In this document: positions 1-15,000 of the stretch, piece by piece
Position numbering within the stretch: position 1 is the first letter of the stretch
Layout: every line of letters begins with the position of its first letter
Assembly (NCBI GenBank): GCA_965655095.1
Contig: OZ296648.1
Coordinates: forward strand, 50,592,001 to 50,656,000
Direction: 5' to 3'
Length of the DNA: 64,000 bases
Source: Haplodiscus bocki
Lineage: Eukaryota
Made by a program: the position numbers and the translations under genes
Notes under the pieces: generated by a model
The model's input: the letters and a program-made list of their open reading frames with translations, nothing else
The model's database searches: none
What the model was told of the DNA's origin: nothing

Positions 1-3000
1 CAACTTTCATTGGAGCATTGGATGAGAAAGTCAGTATTTTCCACCCTGCATGAAAGTCTTGACGGTCCGAAACTTCCGAAAGGGTCTGCTAGTTTAGATA
101 AATTCCGAAATTCACATTCAATTATCTCGGTAACTACAGGTTTGATTTCTCTCAACAGCGTGATAATCTCAAAACGTATACTTAGAAAATAGATTTCGAT
201 TGAGCATCATTGAATAAGTCCACTTCATCAAAAACCGGATAATAACAATTATTGACGGTGGTTTTATTACTGGTTTCTCACGGTATTCAAAAACATATTT
301 TTCCAGAACTACAGGCTTGATGTCTTCACCACGCTCTCACTCGAACAATTTTTATTTTTGGAAGAAATTGCGACTGAAATGTCCTTCAAGGTGTTCATTA
401 AATCAGAATTCTCATAATGTGAAAGGTGCAAAGGAGCTATTAGCTTTGATTCATCTTGAGATACAAAATCAGTTTTTCTCCTGAATAGCCATTATAAAAA
501 CTTTTTTTCAAAGTCTCAGTGGACAGACTTTTAATTTGCTTAGGAACTTTTTGTTTTAAAAAGCAATGATTTGATTCCTTGAGCAGGAACCTTGTTCTCT
601 TGAAAAAGAGAACGAAAGGTTGCTTTTTTTGACTTTTCCACTTTGTGTTAACTCATGGTTCTCATTAGCCGCTGACTAATGTGCGCGCATTTTTCAGCGA
701 AGAAATTCTAGTGTTCTGAAAACTACATATCTATGAATGTTTCCGCGGTTTGGAAGCAACAAGCAACAGATTCGAATCCTTCTTTCGGCCTGAATTTTAC
801 CATTTTTAGATAGTCAAAAAGGCAATCTTTCTTTTCGCCAAAAAACTAAAGTTTTACAACAGAATGCAGCAATTTTCGATCATTGGGCTCACTGTTGTCG
901 GAAAAAGTTTCCAGTTCTTATGTCATTTGAAGCAAATAGTTTTTTTGCGTTTTTTTCCAAAAAAGTGGGCAAAAATCGATTTTTCAAAGAAACCGTATGA
1001 AGTTGAAAATTTGTAAATCTGCTGAAAAGTAAAGTTGTAGGTGGTAATAGGTAATTTTTTTGAATTTCTTGTTGCCAGTTTTTCCAATACGCTTGTTTCT
1101 AGTGGGTCAAAACAATTTGACTTCAAAAAAATTGGTAGTCGAACTTGTAGTTTTCTAATCCTCAGACTGAAGAAAGCCAGAAAACGCATTCAGTTCCGAA
1201 ATTCTTCTTTGTTGCTACAATTTCTTGCCCATAGGTGCCACGCTCTTTTCCTTCATCGTTGTGTCAATCAGAACGCTTGCACTTGCTAAGCATATTCCTT
1301 CAATATGGTGGTCCAGTGCCTTGTGACCAGATGGTACTAAATTTCCTAAGGTCCTATCAATATTGATCTACTTCGAATTTGAAATTTTCATCCCAGCAAA
1401 TACAGAATTGATTTATTCAATCATGGTCTGAACAGAAAAGATCATTTACAAGATAGGGCGTAAGTGCAAGTCAAACTGATTGTTTTGAAGTATGTGTCAA
1501 GTTCCTGTTCGTCCAGAGTTTGACGAAAAAGTTCTGAGACAAGTTTCCCTCGATATTCAATCTCTAACAACTCAGAAACTACAGTTTTGATTTCTCTCAA
1601 TGGGGACTCAATCGAAAAGTTTTTCATGTAGACGAGCATTCAGTTACAAAGTGGCTGAGTTTCAATCTTGAACCACAGTCATGATAAACCGAAAAATCCC
1701 TAAGTGCTACTGATAATGTGTCTTCTTGAGAAAAGGATTTACGTCTCTCGAAAAGAACAGGTTTAAGTTCTGCCTTTGGGGTGTCAACGTAAGACTTTAT
1801 ACTTTCATTATAGCATTGGATGAGAAAGTCATTGGTTTTCCACCCTGCATGAAAATCCTGACGTTCCGAAATTTCCGAAAGGTTTCTTCTAGTTTTGATG
1901 AATTTCGAAATTCACATTCAATTATCTCGGTATTTGCAGGTTTGATTTCTCTCAACAGCGTGATAGTCTCAAAACGTATACTTAGAAAATAGATTTCGAT
2001 TGAGCATCATTGAATAAGTCCACTTCATCAAAATCCGGATAATAACAATTATTGACGGTGGTTTCATCACTGGTTTCTGACGGTATTCAAAAACATTGTT
2101 CCAGAACTACAGGCTTGATGTCTTCACCACGCTCTCACTCGAACAATTTTTACTTTGGAAAGCAATCTCGACTGAAAGTTTCTTGGAGTTGTTCCCTAAA
2201 TCAGAATTCTGATAAAGTGAATAGTGCAAAGGAGCTATTAGTTTTGATTCATCTGGAGATACAAATTCTCTTTTTGTCCTCAATGGCCAGCACAAATTCT
2301 TTCTTCAAAGTTTCTTTGGACAGACACTTATTTTGCTGTGGAACTTTAGTTTTTAAAAGCAATGACTTGGTTAGTTGAGCTGGGACCTTCATATTTCGAA
2401 AAAGAGAACAAACTCTTCTTTTTTTGACGTTCCTACTATTTGCTATCTCATGGTTCGCGATAGCCGCTGATTAATGTGGGCGCATTTCTCGACGAAGAAA
2501 TTTTAGTGCTTCGAAAATTAGATATGCATCAACGGTTCCGGGGTTTGGAAGCAACAAGCAGCAGATTCAAATCCTGCTATGGGCCTGAATTTGTCCATTT
2601 TTAGATACTCGTTAACGCATCCTTTTTTTAACCAAAAAACTAATATTTTCTGAACAAAAGTCAACGCTTTTTGATCATTGGGTTCCATTTTGTCGGAAAA
2701 AGCTTCCAGTTGCTACTGCATTTGAGGCAAATAGGTTTTTTGCAGATTTTTTCAAAAAAGTGTGCAAAAATCATTTTTCCAAAGAACACTTATGAAGTTG
2801 AATGTTCGTAAAACTGCTGAAAATAAGAAATGTAGGTGGTAATAAGTAATTTTTTTGAATTTCTGATAGCCGGTTTTTCCAATACCTTTGTTCCTACTGT
2901 GTCAAAACACTTTGACTGCAAAAAAATTGGTAGTGGAGCATATAATATATAATCCTCTGATCCTCAGACTGAAGAAAACCAGAAAGCGCATTCAGTTTTG

Positions 3001-6000
3001 AACTTCTTCTTTGTTGCTACTATTACTTCTCCGAAATTCCAAAGCTCTTTTTTTCATCTATGTCTCAATCCCAACGCTTGCACTTGCTACGCGTACTTCT
3101 TCAATATGATGGTCCACTGCCTTTTGACCAGATAGTACTAATTTTCCTAAAGTGCTATCATTATTGATCCACTTCGAATTTGAATATTTCATCTCAGCAA
3201 CTCCAGAATTGATTTATTCTATCATGGTCTGAACAGAAAAATTCGTATACGTAAATACGCATCAATTCAAGAAAATTTTTGTTTTGAAGCATGTGTCAAG
3301 TTCCTGTTTTTCCAGAGTTTGAGGAAAAGGTACTGAGACAAGTTTTCCTCGTTTTTCAATCAAACAACACAGAAACTACAGGTTTGATTTCTTTCAATGG
3401 GGACTCAATCGAAACTTTTTATGTAAACGAGCATTCAGTTACAAAGTGGCTGAGTTTCAATCTTGAACCACAGTCATGATAAACCGAAAAATCCCTAAGT
3501 GCTACTGATAATGTGTCTTCTTGAGAAAAGGATTTACGTTTCTCGATAAGTACTGGTTTAATTTCTGTCGTTGGGGTCTCAACGTAAGACTTTCTACTTT
3601 CATTGCAGTTATTGGATGAGAAAATCATTGATTTTCCACCCCGAGTGAAAATTTTGTCGGTCCAAAGTCTCCGAAAATTTCTGCTGGTTTTGATAAATCT
3701 CGAAAATCACATTCAATTATCGCGGTACCTACAGGTTTGATTTCTCTCAACAGCGTGATAATCTCAAAACGTATACTTAGAAAATAGATTTCGATTGAGC
3801 ATCATTGAATAAGTCCACTTCATCAAAATCCGGATAATAACAATTATTGACGGTGGTTTCATCACTGGTTTCTGACGGTATTCAAAAACATATTATTCCA
3901 GAACTACAGGCCTGATGTCTTCACCAAGCTCTCACTCGAACAATTTTTACTTTGGGAAGAAATTTCGACTGAAATGTCCTTCAAGGTGTTCATTAAATCA
4001 GAATTCTCATAATGTGAAAGGTGCAAAGGAGCTATTAGCTTTGATTCATCTTGAGATACAAAATCAGTTTTTCTCCGGAATAGCCAGCATAAAAACTTTT
4101 TTTCAAAGTCTCAGTGGACAGACATTTAATTTGCTTAGGAAATTTTGTTTTAAAAAGCAATGATTTGATTCCTTGAGCAGGAACCTTGTTCTCTTCAAAA
4201 AGAGAACAAAAGGTTGCTTTTTTTGACGTTTCTACTTTGTGTTAACTAATGGTTCTCAACAGCCGCTGACTAATGTGCGCGCATTTTTCAGCGAAGAAAC
4301 ACTAGTGTTCTGAAAACTACATATCTATGAATTTTTCCGCGGTTTGGAAGCAACAACCAACAGATTCGAATCCTTCTTTCGGCCTTAATTTTACCATTTT
4401 TAGATAGTCAAAAAGGCAATCTTTCTTTTCGCCAAAAAACTAAAGTTTTACAACAGAATGCAGCAATTTCCGATCATTGGGCTCACTGTTGTCGGAAAAA
4501 GTTTCCAGTTCTTATGTCATTTGAAGCAAATAGTTTTTTTGCGTTTTTTTCCCAAAAAGTGGGCAAAAATCGATTTTTCAAAGAAAGCGTATGAAGTTGA
4601 AAATTTGTAAATCTGCTGAAAAGTATAGTTGTAGGTGGCAATAAGTATTTTTTCTGAATTTCTGGTTGCCAGCTTTTCCATTACGCTTGTTTCTAGTGGG
4701 TCAAAACAATTTGACTTTTTGACTTCAAAAAAATTGGTCGTCGAACTTGTAGTTTTCTAATCCTTAGACTGAAGAAAACCAGAAAGCGCATTCATTTCTG
4801 AAATTCTTCTTCGTTGCTACAATTTCTTACCCATAAGTCCCACGCTCTTTTCCTTCATCGTTGTCTCAATCAGAACGCTTGCACTTGCTAAGCATATTTC
4901 TTCAATATGGTGGTCCAGTGCCTTGTGACCAGATAGTACTAAATTTCCTAAGGTCCTATCAATATTGATCTAATTCGAATTTGAAATTTTCATCCCAGCA
5001 AATACAGAATTCATTTATTCAATCATGGTCTGAACAGAAAAGATCATTTACAAGATAGGGCGTAAGTGCAAGTCAAACTGATTGTTTTGAAGTATGTGTC
5101 AAGTTACTGTTCGTCCAGAGTTTGACGAAAAAGTTCTGAGACCAGTTTCCCTCGATATTCAATCTCTAACAACTCAGAAACTACAGTTTTGATTTCTTTC
5201 AATGGGGACTCAATCGAAAAGTTTTTTATGTAGACGAGCATTCAGTTACAAAGTGGCTGAGTTTCAATCTTGAACCACAGTCATGATAAACCGAAAAATC
5301 CCTAAGTGCTACTGATAATGTGTCTTCTTGAGAAAAAGATTTACTTCTCTCGAAAAAAACAGGTTTAAGTTCTGCCATTGGGGTCTCAAAGTAAGACTTT
5401 ATACTTTCATTATAGCATTGGATGAGAAAGTCATTGGTTTTCCACCCTGCATGAAAATCCTGACGTTCCGAAATTTCCGAAAGGTTCTGCTAGTTTTGAT
5501 AAATTTCGAAATTCACATTCAATTATCTCGGTAACTGCAGGTTTGATTTCTCTCAACAGCGTGATAGTCTCAAAACGTATACTTAGAAAATAGATTTCGA
5601 TTGAGCATCATTGAATAAGTCCACTTCATCAAAATCCGGATAATAACAAATATTGACGGTGGTTTCATCACTGGTTTCTGACGGTATTCAAAAACATTGT
5701 TCCAGAACTACAGGCTTGATGTCTTCAACACGCTCTCACTCGAACAATTTTTACTTTTGGAAGAAATTTCATCTGAAATGTCCTTCAAGGTGTCCATTAA
5801 ATCAGAATTCTGATAATGTGAATGGTGCAAAGGAGCTATTAGTTTTGATTCATCTGGAGATACAAATTCTCTTTTTGTCCTCAATGGCCAGCATAAATTC
5901 TTTCTTCAAAGTTTCTTTGGACAGACACTTATTTTGCTGTGGAACTTTAGTTTTTAAAAGCAATGACTTGGTTAGTTGAACTGGGACCTTCATTTTCGAA

Positions 6001-9000
6001 AACGAGAACAAACTCTTCTTTTTTTGACGTTCCTACTATTTGCTATCTCATGGTTCGCGATAGCCGCTGATTAATGTGGGCGCATTTCTCGACGAAGAAA
6101 TTTTAGTGCTTTGAAAATTAGATATGCATCAACGGTCCGGGGTTTGGAAGCAACAAGCAGCAGATTCAAATCCTGCTATGGGCCTGAATTTGTCCATTTT
6201 TAGATACTCGTTAACGCATTCTTTTTTTAACCAAAAAACTAATATTTTCTGAACAAACTTCAGCGCTTTTTGATCATTGGGTTCCATTTTGTCGGAAAAA
6301 GTTTCCAGTTGCTACTGCATTTGAGGCAATTAGGTTTTTCGCAATTTTTTTCAAAAAAGTGTGCAAAAATCATTTTTCCAAAGAACCCGTATGAAGTTGA
6401 AAGTTCGTAAAACTGCTGAAAATAAGAAATGTAGGTGGTAATAATTGATTTTTTTGAATTTCTGGTAGCCGGTTTTTCCAATACCTTTGTTCCTACTGTC
6501 TCAAAACACCCTGACTGCGAAAAAACTGGTAGTGGAGCATATAATCCTCTGATCCTCAGACTGAAGAAAACCAGAAAGCGCATTCAGTTTTGAACTTCTC
6601 CTTTGTTGCTACTATTACTTCTCCGAAGTTCCAAAGCTCTTTTTTTCATCTATGTCTCAATCCCAACGATTGCACTTGCTACGCGTACTTCTTCAATATG
6701 ATGGTCCACTGCCTTTTGACCAGATAGTACTAATTTTCCTAAAGTGCTATCATTATTGATCCACTTCGAATTTGAATATTTCATCTCAGCAACTCCAGAA
6801 ACGATTTATTCTATCATGGTTTGAACAGAAAAATTCCTATACGTAAATACGCATCAATTCAAGAAAAATTTTTGTTTTGAAGCATGTGTCAAGTTCCTGT
6901 TTTTCCAGAGTTTGAGGAAAAGGTACTGAGACAAGTTTTCCTCGTTTTTCAATCAAACAACACAGAAACTACAGGTTTGATTTCTTTCAATGGGGACTTA
7001 ATCGAAAACGTTTTTATTGTAGACGAACATTCAGTTACAAAGTGGCTGAGTTGCATTCTCGAACCACATTCATAAGAAACCGAAAAACCCTTAAGTGCTA
7101 CTGATAATGTGTCTTCTTGAGAAAAGGATTTACGTCTCTCGATAAGAACAGGTTTAATTTCTGCCATTGGGGTCTCAACGTAAGACTTTATACTTTCATT
7201 AGAGCATTGGATGAGAAAGTCATTGGTTTTCCACCCTGCATGAAAATCCTGACGTTCCGAAATTTCCGAAAGGTTCTGCTAGTTTTGATAAATTTCGAAA
7301 TTCACATTCAATTATCTCGGTAACTGCAGTTTTGATTTCTCTCAACAGCGTGATAATCTCAAAACGTATACTTGGAAAATAGATTTCGATTGAGCATCAT
7401 TTAATTAGTCCACTTCATCAAAATCCGGATAATAACAATTTTTGACGTTGGTTTTCTCACTGGTTTCTCACGGTATTCAAAAACATATTATTCCAGAACT
7501 ACAGGCTTGATGTCTTCACCACGCTCTCACTCGAACAATTTTTACTTTTGGAAGAAATTTCGACTGAAATGTCCTTCAAGGTGTTCATTAAATCAGAATT
7601 CTCATAATGTGAAAGGTGCAAAGGAGCTATTAGCTTTGATTCATCTTGAGATACAAAATCATTTTTTCTCCTGAATAGCCAGCATAAAAACTTTTTTTCA
7701 AAGTCTCAATGGACAGACATTTATTTTGCCTAGGAACCTTTTGTTTTAAAAAGCAATGATTTGATTCCTTGAGCAGGAACCTTGTTCTCTTGAAAAACAG
7801 AACAAAAGGTTGCTTTTTTTTGACGTTTCTACTTTGCGTTAACTCATGGTTCTCAATAGCCGCTGACTAATGTGTGCGCATTTTTCAGCGAAAAAACACT
7901 AGTGTTCTGAAAACTATATATCTATGATTGTTTCCGCGGTTTGGGATCAACAAGCAACAGATTCGAATCCTTCTTTCGGCCTTAATTTTACCATTTTTAG
8001 ATAGTCAAAACGGCAATCTTTCTTTTCGCCAAAAAACTAAAGTTTTACAACAGAATGCATCAATTTTCGATCATTGGGCTCACTGTTGTCAGGTAAACTT
8101 TCCAGTTCTTATGTCATTTGAAGCAAATAGTTTTTTTGCGTTTTTTTCCAAAAAAGTGGGCAAAAATCAATTTTTCAAAGAAACCGTATGAAGTTGAAAA
8201 TTTGTAAATCTGCTGAAAAGTATAGTTGTAGGTGGTAATAAGTAATTTTTTTGAATTTCTGGTTGCCAGCTTTTCCAATACGTTTGTTTCTAGTGGGTCA
8301 AAACGATTTGACTTCAAAAAAATTGGTAGTCGAACTTGTAGTTTTCTAATCCTCAGACTGAAGAAAACCAGAAAGCGCATTCATTTCTGAAATTCTTCTT
8401 CGTTGCTACAATTTCTTTCCCATAGGTGCCACGCTCTTTTCCTTCATCGTTGTGTCAATCAGAACGCTTGCACTTGCTAAGCATATTTCTTCAATATGGT
8501 GGTCCAGTGCCTTGTGACCAGATAGTACTAAATTTCCTAAGGTCCTATCAATATTGATCTAATTCGAATTTGAAATTTTCATCCCAGCAAATACAGAATT
8601 CATTTATTCAATCATGGTCTGAACAGAAAAGATCATTTACAAGATAGGGCGTAAGTGCAAGTCAAACTGATTGTTTTGAAGTATGTGTCAAGTTCCTGTT
8701 CGTCCAGAGTTTGACGAAAAAGTTCTGAGACCAGTTTCCCTCGATATTCAATCTCTAACAACTCAGAAACTACAGTTTTGATTTCTTTCAATGGGGACTC
8801 AATCGAAAAGTTTTATATGTAGACGAGCATTCAGTTACAAAGTGGCTGAGTTTCAATCTTGAACCACAGTCATGATAAACCGAAAAATCCCTAAGTGCTA
8901 CTGATAATGTGTCTTCTTGAGAAAAGGATTTACGTCTCTCGAAAAGAACAGGTTTAAGTTCTGCCATTGGGGTCTCAACGTAAGACTTTATACTTTCATT

Positions 9001-12000
9001 ATAGCATTGGATGAGAAAGTCATTGGTTTTCCACCCTGCATGAAAATCCTGACGTTCCGAAATTTCCGAAAGGTTCTGCTAGTTTTGATAAATTTCGAAA
9101 TTCACATTCCATTATCTCGGTAACTGCAGGTTTGATTTCTCTTAACGTCGTGATATTCTCAAAACGTATACTTAGAAAATAGATTTCGATTGAGCATCAT
9201 TTAATTAGTCCACTTCATCAAAATCCGGATAATAACAATTTTTGACGGTGGTTTTCTCACTGGTTTCTCACGGTATTCAAAAACATATTATTCCAGAACT
9301 ACAGGCTTGATGTCTTCACCACGCTCTCACTCGAACAATTTTTACTTTTGGAAGAAATTTCGACTGAAATGTCCTTCAAGGTGTTCATTAAATCAGAATT
9401 CTCATAATGTGAAAGGTGCAAAGGAGCTATTAGCTTTGATTCACCTTGAGATACAAAATCATTTTTTCTCCTGAATAGCCAGCATAAAAACTTTTTTTCA
9501 AAGTCTCAATGGACAGACATTTAATTTGCCTAGGAACTTTTTGTTTTAAAAAGCAATGATTTGATTCCTTGAGCAGGAACCTTGTTCTCTTGAAAAAGAG
9601 AACAAAAGGTTGCTTTTTTTGACGTTTCTACTTTGCGTTAACTCATGGTTCTCAATAGCCGCTGACTAATGTGTGCGCATTTTTCAGCGAACAAACACTA
9701 GTGTTCTGAAAACTATATATCTATGATTGTTTCCGCGGTTTGGGAGCAACAAGCAACAGATTCGAATCCTTCTTTCGGCCTTAATTTTACCATTTTTAGA
9801 TAGTCAAAAAGGCAATCTTTCTTTTCGCCAAAAAACTAAAGTTTTACAACAGAATGCATCAATTTTCGATCATTGGGCTCACTGTTGTCAGAAAAACTTT
9901 CCAGTTCTTATGTCATTTGAAGCAAATAGTTTTTTTGCGTTTTTTTCCAAAAAAGTGGGCAAAAATCAATTTTTCAAAGAAACCGTATGAAGTTGAAAAA
10001 TTGTAAATCTGCTGAAAAGTATAGTTGTAGGTGGTAATAAGTAATTTTTTTGAATTTCTGGTTGCCAGCTTTTCCAATACGTTTGTTTCTAGTTGGTCAA
10101 AACGATTTGACTTCAAAAAAATTGGTAGTCGAACTTGTAGTTTTCTAATCCTCAGACTGAAGAAAACCAGAAAGCGCATTCATTTCTGAAATTCTTCTTC
10201 GTTGCTACAATTTCTTTCCCATAGGTGCCACGCTCTTTTCCTTCATCGTTGTGTCAATCAGAACGCTTGCACTTGCTAAGCATATTTCTTCAATATGGTG
10301 GTCCAGTGCCTTGTGACCAGATAGTACTAAATTTCCTAAGGTCCTATCAATATTGATCTACTTCGAATATGAAATTTTCATCCCAGCAATTACAGAATTG
10401 ATTTATTCAATCATGGTCTGAACAGAAAAGATCATTTACAAGATAGGGCGTAAGTGCAAGTCAAACTGATTGTTTTGAAGTATGTGTCAAGTTCCTGTTC
10501 GTCCAGAGTTTGACGAAAAAGTTCTGAGACAGTTTCCCTCGATATTCAATCTCTAACAACTCAGAAACTACAGTTTTGATTTCTTTCAATGGGGACTCAA
10601 TCGAAAAGTTTTTTATGTAGACGAGCATTCAGTTACAAAGTGGCTGAGTTTCAATCTTGAACCACAGTCATGATAAACCGAAAAATCCCTAAGTGCTACT
10701 GATAATGTGTCTTCTTGAGAAAAGGATTTACGTCTCTCGAAAAGAACAGGTTTAAGTTCTAACATTGGGGTCTCAACGTAAGACTTTATACTTTCATTAT
10801 AGCATTCGATGAGAAAGTCATTGGTTTTTCACCCTGCATGAAAATCCTGACGTTCCGAATTTTCCGAAAGGTTCTGCTAGTTTTGATAAATTTCGAAATT
10901 CACATTCCATTATCTCGGTAACTGCAGGTTTGATTTCTCTTAACAGCGTGATATTCTCAAAACGTATACTTAGAAAACAGATTTCGATTGAGCATCTTTG
11001 AGTTAGACCACTTCATCCAAACCCGGATAATAAAAAATATTGACGGTGGTTTCATCAATGGTTTCTGACGGTATTCAAAAACATATTTTTCCAGAACTAC
11101 AGGCTTGATGTCTTCACCACGCTCTCATTCGAACAATTTTTACTTTTGGAAGAAATTTCGGCTGAAATGTCCTTCAAGGTGTTCGTTAAATCAGAATTCT
11201 GATAATGTGAATGGTGCAAAGGAGCTATTAGTTTTGATTCATCTGGAGATACAAATTCTCTTTTTGTCCTCAATGGCCAGCATAAATTCTTTCTTCAAAG
11301 TTTCTTTAGACAGACACCTATTTTGCTGTGGAACTTTAGTTTTTAAAAGCAATGACTTGGTTAGTTGAACTGGGACCTTCATTTTCGAAAACGAGAACAA
11401 ACTCTTCTTTTTTTGACGTTCCTACTATTTGCTATCTCATGGTTCGCGATAGTCGCTGATTAATGTGGGCGCATTTCTCGACAAAGAAATTTTAGTGCTT
11501 TGAAAAGTAGATATGCATCAACGGTTCCGGGGTTTGGAAGCAACAAGCAGCAGATTCAAATCCTGCTATGGGCCTCAATTTGTCCATTTTTAGATACTCG
11601 TTAACGCATTCTTTTTTTAACCAAAAAACTAACATTTTCTGAACAAAATTCCGCGCTTTTTGATCATTGGGTTCCATTTTGTCGGAAAAAGTTTCCAGTT
11701 GCTACTGCATTTGAGGCAAATAGGTTTTTCGCAATTTTTTTCAAAAAAGTGTGCAAAAATCAATTTTCCAAAGAACCCGTATGAAGTTGAAAGTTCGCAA
11801 AACTGCTGAAAATAAGAAATGTAGGTGGTAATAAGTAATTTTTTTGAATTTCTGATAACCAGTTTTTCCAATACCTTTGTTCCTACTGTCTCAAAACACC
11901 CTGACTTCGAAAAAACTGGTAGTGGAGCATATAATCCTCTGATCCTCAGACTGAAGAAAACCAGAAAGCGCATTCAGTTTTGAACTTCTTCTTTGTTGCT

Positions 12001-15000
12001 ACTATTACTTCTCCGAAGTTCCAAAGCTCTTTTTTTCATCTGTGTCTCAATCCCAACGCTTGCACTTGCTACGCGTACTTCTTCAATATGATGGTCCACT
12101 GCCTTTTGACCAGATAGTACTAATTTTCCTAAAGTGCTATCATTATTGATCCACTTCGAATTTGAATATTTCATCTCAGCAACTCCAGAAACGATTTATT
12201 CTATCGTGGTCTGAACAGAAAAATTCCTATACGTAAATACGCATCAATTCAAGAAAAATTTTTGTTTCGAAGCATGTGTCAAGTTCCTGTTTTTCCAGAG
12301 TTTGAGGAAAAGGTACTGAGACAAGTTTTCCTCGTTTTTCATACAAACAACACAGAAACTACAGGTTTGATTTCTTTCAATGGGGACTCAATCGAAAATT
12401 TTTATGTAAACGAGCATTCAGTTACAAAGTGGCTGAGTTTCAATCTTGAACCACAGTCATGATAAACCGAAAAATCCCTAAGTGCTACTGATAATGTGTC
12501 TTCTTGAGAAAAGGATTTACGTCTCTCGAAAAGAACAGGTTTAAGTTCTGCCATTGGGGTCTCAACGTAAGACTTTTTACTTTCATTATAGCATTGGATG
12601 AGAAAGTCATTGGTTTTCCACCCTGCATGAAAATCCTGACGTTCCGAAATTTCCGAAAGGTTCTGCTAGTTTTGATAAATTTCGAAATTCACATTCCATT
12701 ATCTCGGTAACTGCAGGTTTGATTTCTCTTAACGTCGTGATATTCTCAAAACGTATACTTAGAAAATAGATTTCGATTGAGCATCATTTAATTAGTCCAC
12801 TTCATCAAAATCCGGATAATAACAATTTTTGACGGTGGTTTTCTCACTGGTTTCTCACGGTATTCAAAAACATATTATTCCAGAACTACAGGCTTGATGT
12901 CTTCACCACGCTCTCACTCGAACAATTTTTACTTTTGGAAGAAATTTCGACTGAAATGTCCTTCAAGGTGTTCATTAAATCAGAATTCTCATAATGTGAA
13001 AGGTGCAAAGGAGCTATTAGCTTTGATTCATCTTGAGATACAAAATCATTTTTTCTCCTGAATAGCCAGCATAAAAACTTTTTTTCAAAGTCTCAATGGA
13101 CAGACATTTAATTTGCCTAGGAACTTTTTGTTTTAAAAAGCAATGATTTGATTCCTTGAGCAGGAACCTTGTTCTCTTGAAAAACAGAACAAAAGGTTGC
13201 TTTTTTTTGACGTTTCTACTTTGCGTTAACTCATGGTTCTCAATAGCCGCTGACTAATGTGTGCGCATTTTTCAGCGAAAAAACACTAGTGTTCTGAAAA
13301 CTATATATCTATGATTGTTTCCGCGGTTTGGGAGCAACAAGCAACAGATTCGAATCCTTCTTTCGGCCTTAATTTTACCATTTTTAGATAGTCAAAAAGG
13401 CAATCTTTCTTTTCGCCAAAAAACTAAAGTTTTACAACAGAATGCATCAATTTTCGATCATTGGGCTCACTGTTGTCAGGAAAACTTTCCAGTTCTTATG
13501 TCATTTGAAGCAAATAGTTTTTTTGCGTTTTTTTCCAAAAAAGTGGGCAAAAATCAATTTTTCAAAGAAACCGTATGAAGTTGAAAATTTGTAAATCTGC
13601 TGAAAAGTATAGTTGTAGGTGGTAATAAGTAATTTTTTTGAATTTCTGGTTGCCAGCTTTTCCAATACGTTTGTTTCTAGTGGGTCAAAACGATTTGACT
13701 TCAAAAAAATTGGTAGTCGAACTTGTAGTTTTCTAATCCTCAGACTGAAGAAAACCAGAAAGCGCATTCATTTCTGAAATTCTTCTTCGTTGCTACAATT
13801 TCTTTCCCATAGGTGCCACGCTCTTTTCCTTCATCGTTGTGTCAATCAGAACGCTTGCACTTGCTAAGCATATTTCTTCAATATGGTGGTCCAGTGCCTT
13901 GTGACCAGATAGTACTAAATTTCCTAAGGTCCTATCAATATTGATCTACTTCGAATTTGAAATTTTCATCCCAGCAATTACAGAATTGATTTATTCAATC
14001 ATGGTCTGAACAGAAAAGATCATTTACAAGATAGGGCGTAAGTGCAAGTCAAACTGATTGTTTTGAAGTATGTGTCAAGTTCCTGTTCGTCCAGAGTTTG
14101 ACGAAAAAGTTCTGAGACAGTTTCCCTCGATATTCAATCTCTAACAACTCAGAAACTACAGTTTTGATTTCTTTCAATGGGGACTCAATCGAAAATTTTT
14201 ATGTAGACGAGCATTCAGTTACAAAGTGGCTGAGTTTCAATCTTGAACCACAGTCATGATAAACCGAAAAATCCCTAAGTGCTACTGATAATGTGTCTTC
14301 TTGAGAAAAGGATTTACGTCTCTCGAAAAGAACAGGTTTAAGTTCTAACATTGGGGTCTCAACGTAAGACTTTATACTTTCATTATAGCATTCGATGAGA
14401 AAGTCATTGGTTTTCCACCCTGCATGAAAATCCTGACGTTCCGAAATTTCCGAAAGGTTCTGCTAGTTTTGATAAATTTCGAAATTCACATTCCATTATC
14501 TCGGTAACTGCAGGTTTGATTTCTCTTAACAGCGTGATATTCTCAAAACGTATACTTAGAAAATAGATTTCGATTGAGCATCTTTGAGTTAGACCATTTC
14601 ATCCAAACCCGGATAATAAAAAATATTGACGGTGGTTTCATCAATGGTTTCTGACGGTATTCAAAAACATATTTTTCCAGAACTACAGGCTTGATGTCTT
14701 CACCACGCTCTCATTCGAACAATTTTTACTTTTGGAAGAAATTTCGGCTGAAATGTCCTTCAAGGTGTTCGTTAAATCAGAATTCTGATAATGTGAATGG
14801 TGCAAAGGAGCTATTAGTTTTGATTCATCTGTAGATACAAATTCTCTTTTTGTCCTCAATGGCCAGCATAAATTCTTTCTTCAAAGTTTCTTTAGACAGA
14901 CACCTATTTTGCTGTGGAACTTTAGTTTTTAAAAGCAATGACTTGGTTAGTTGAACTGGGACCTTCATTTTCGAAAACGAGAACAAACTCTTCTTTTTTT

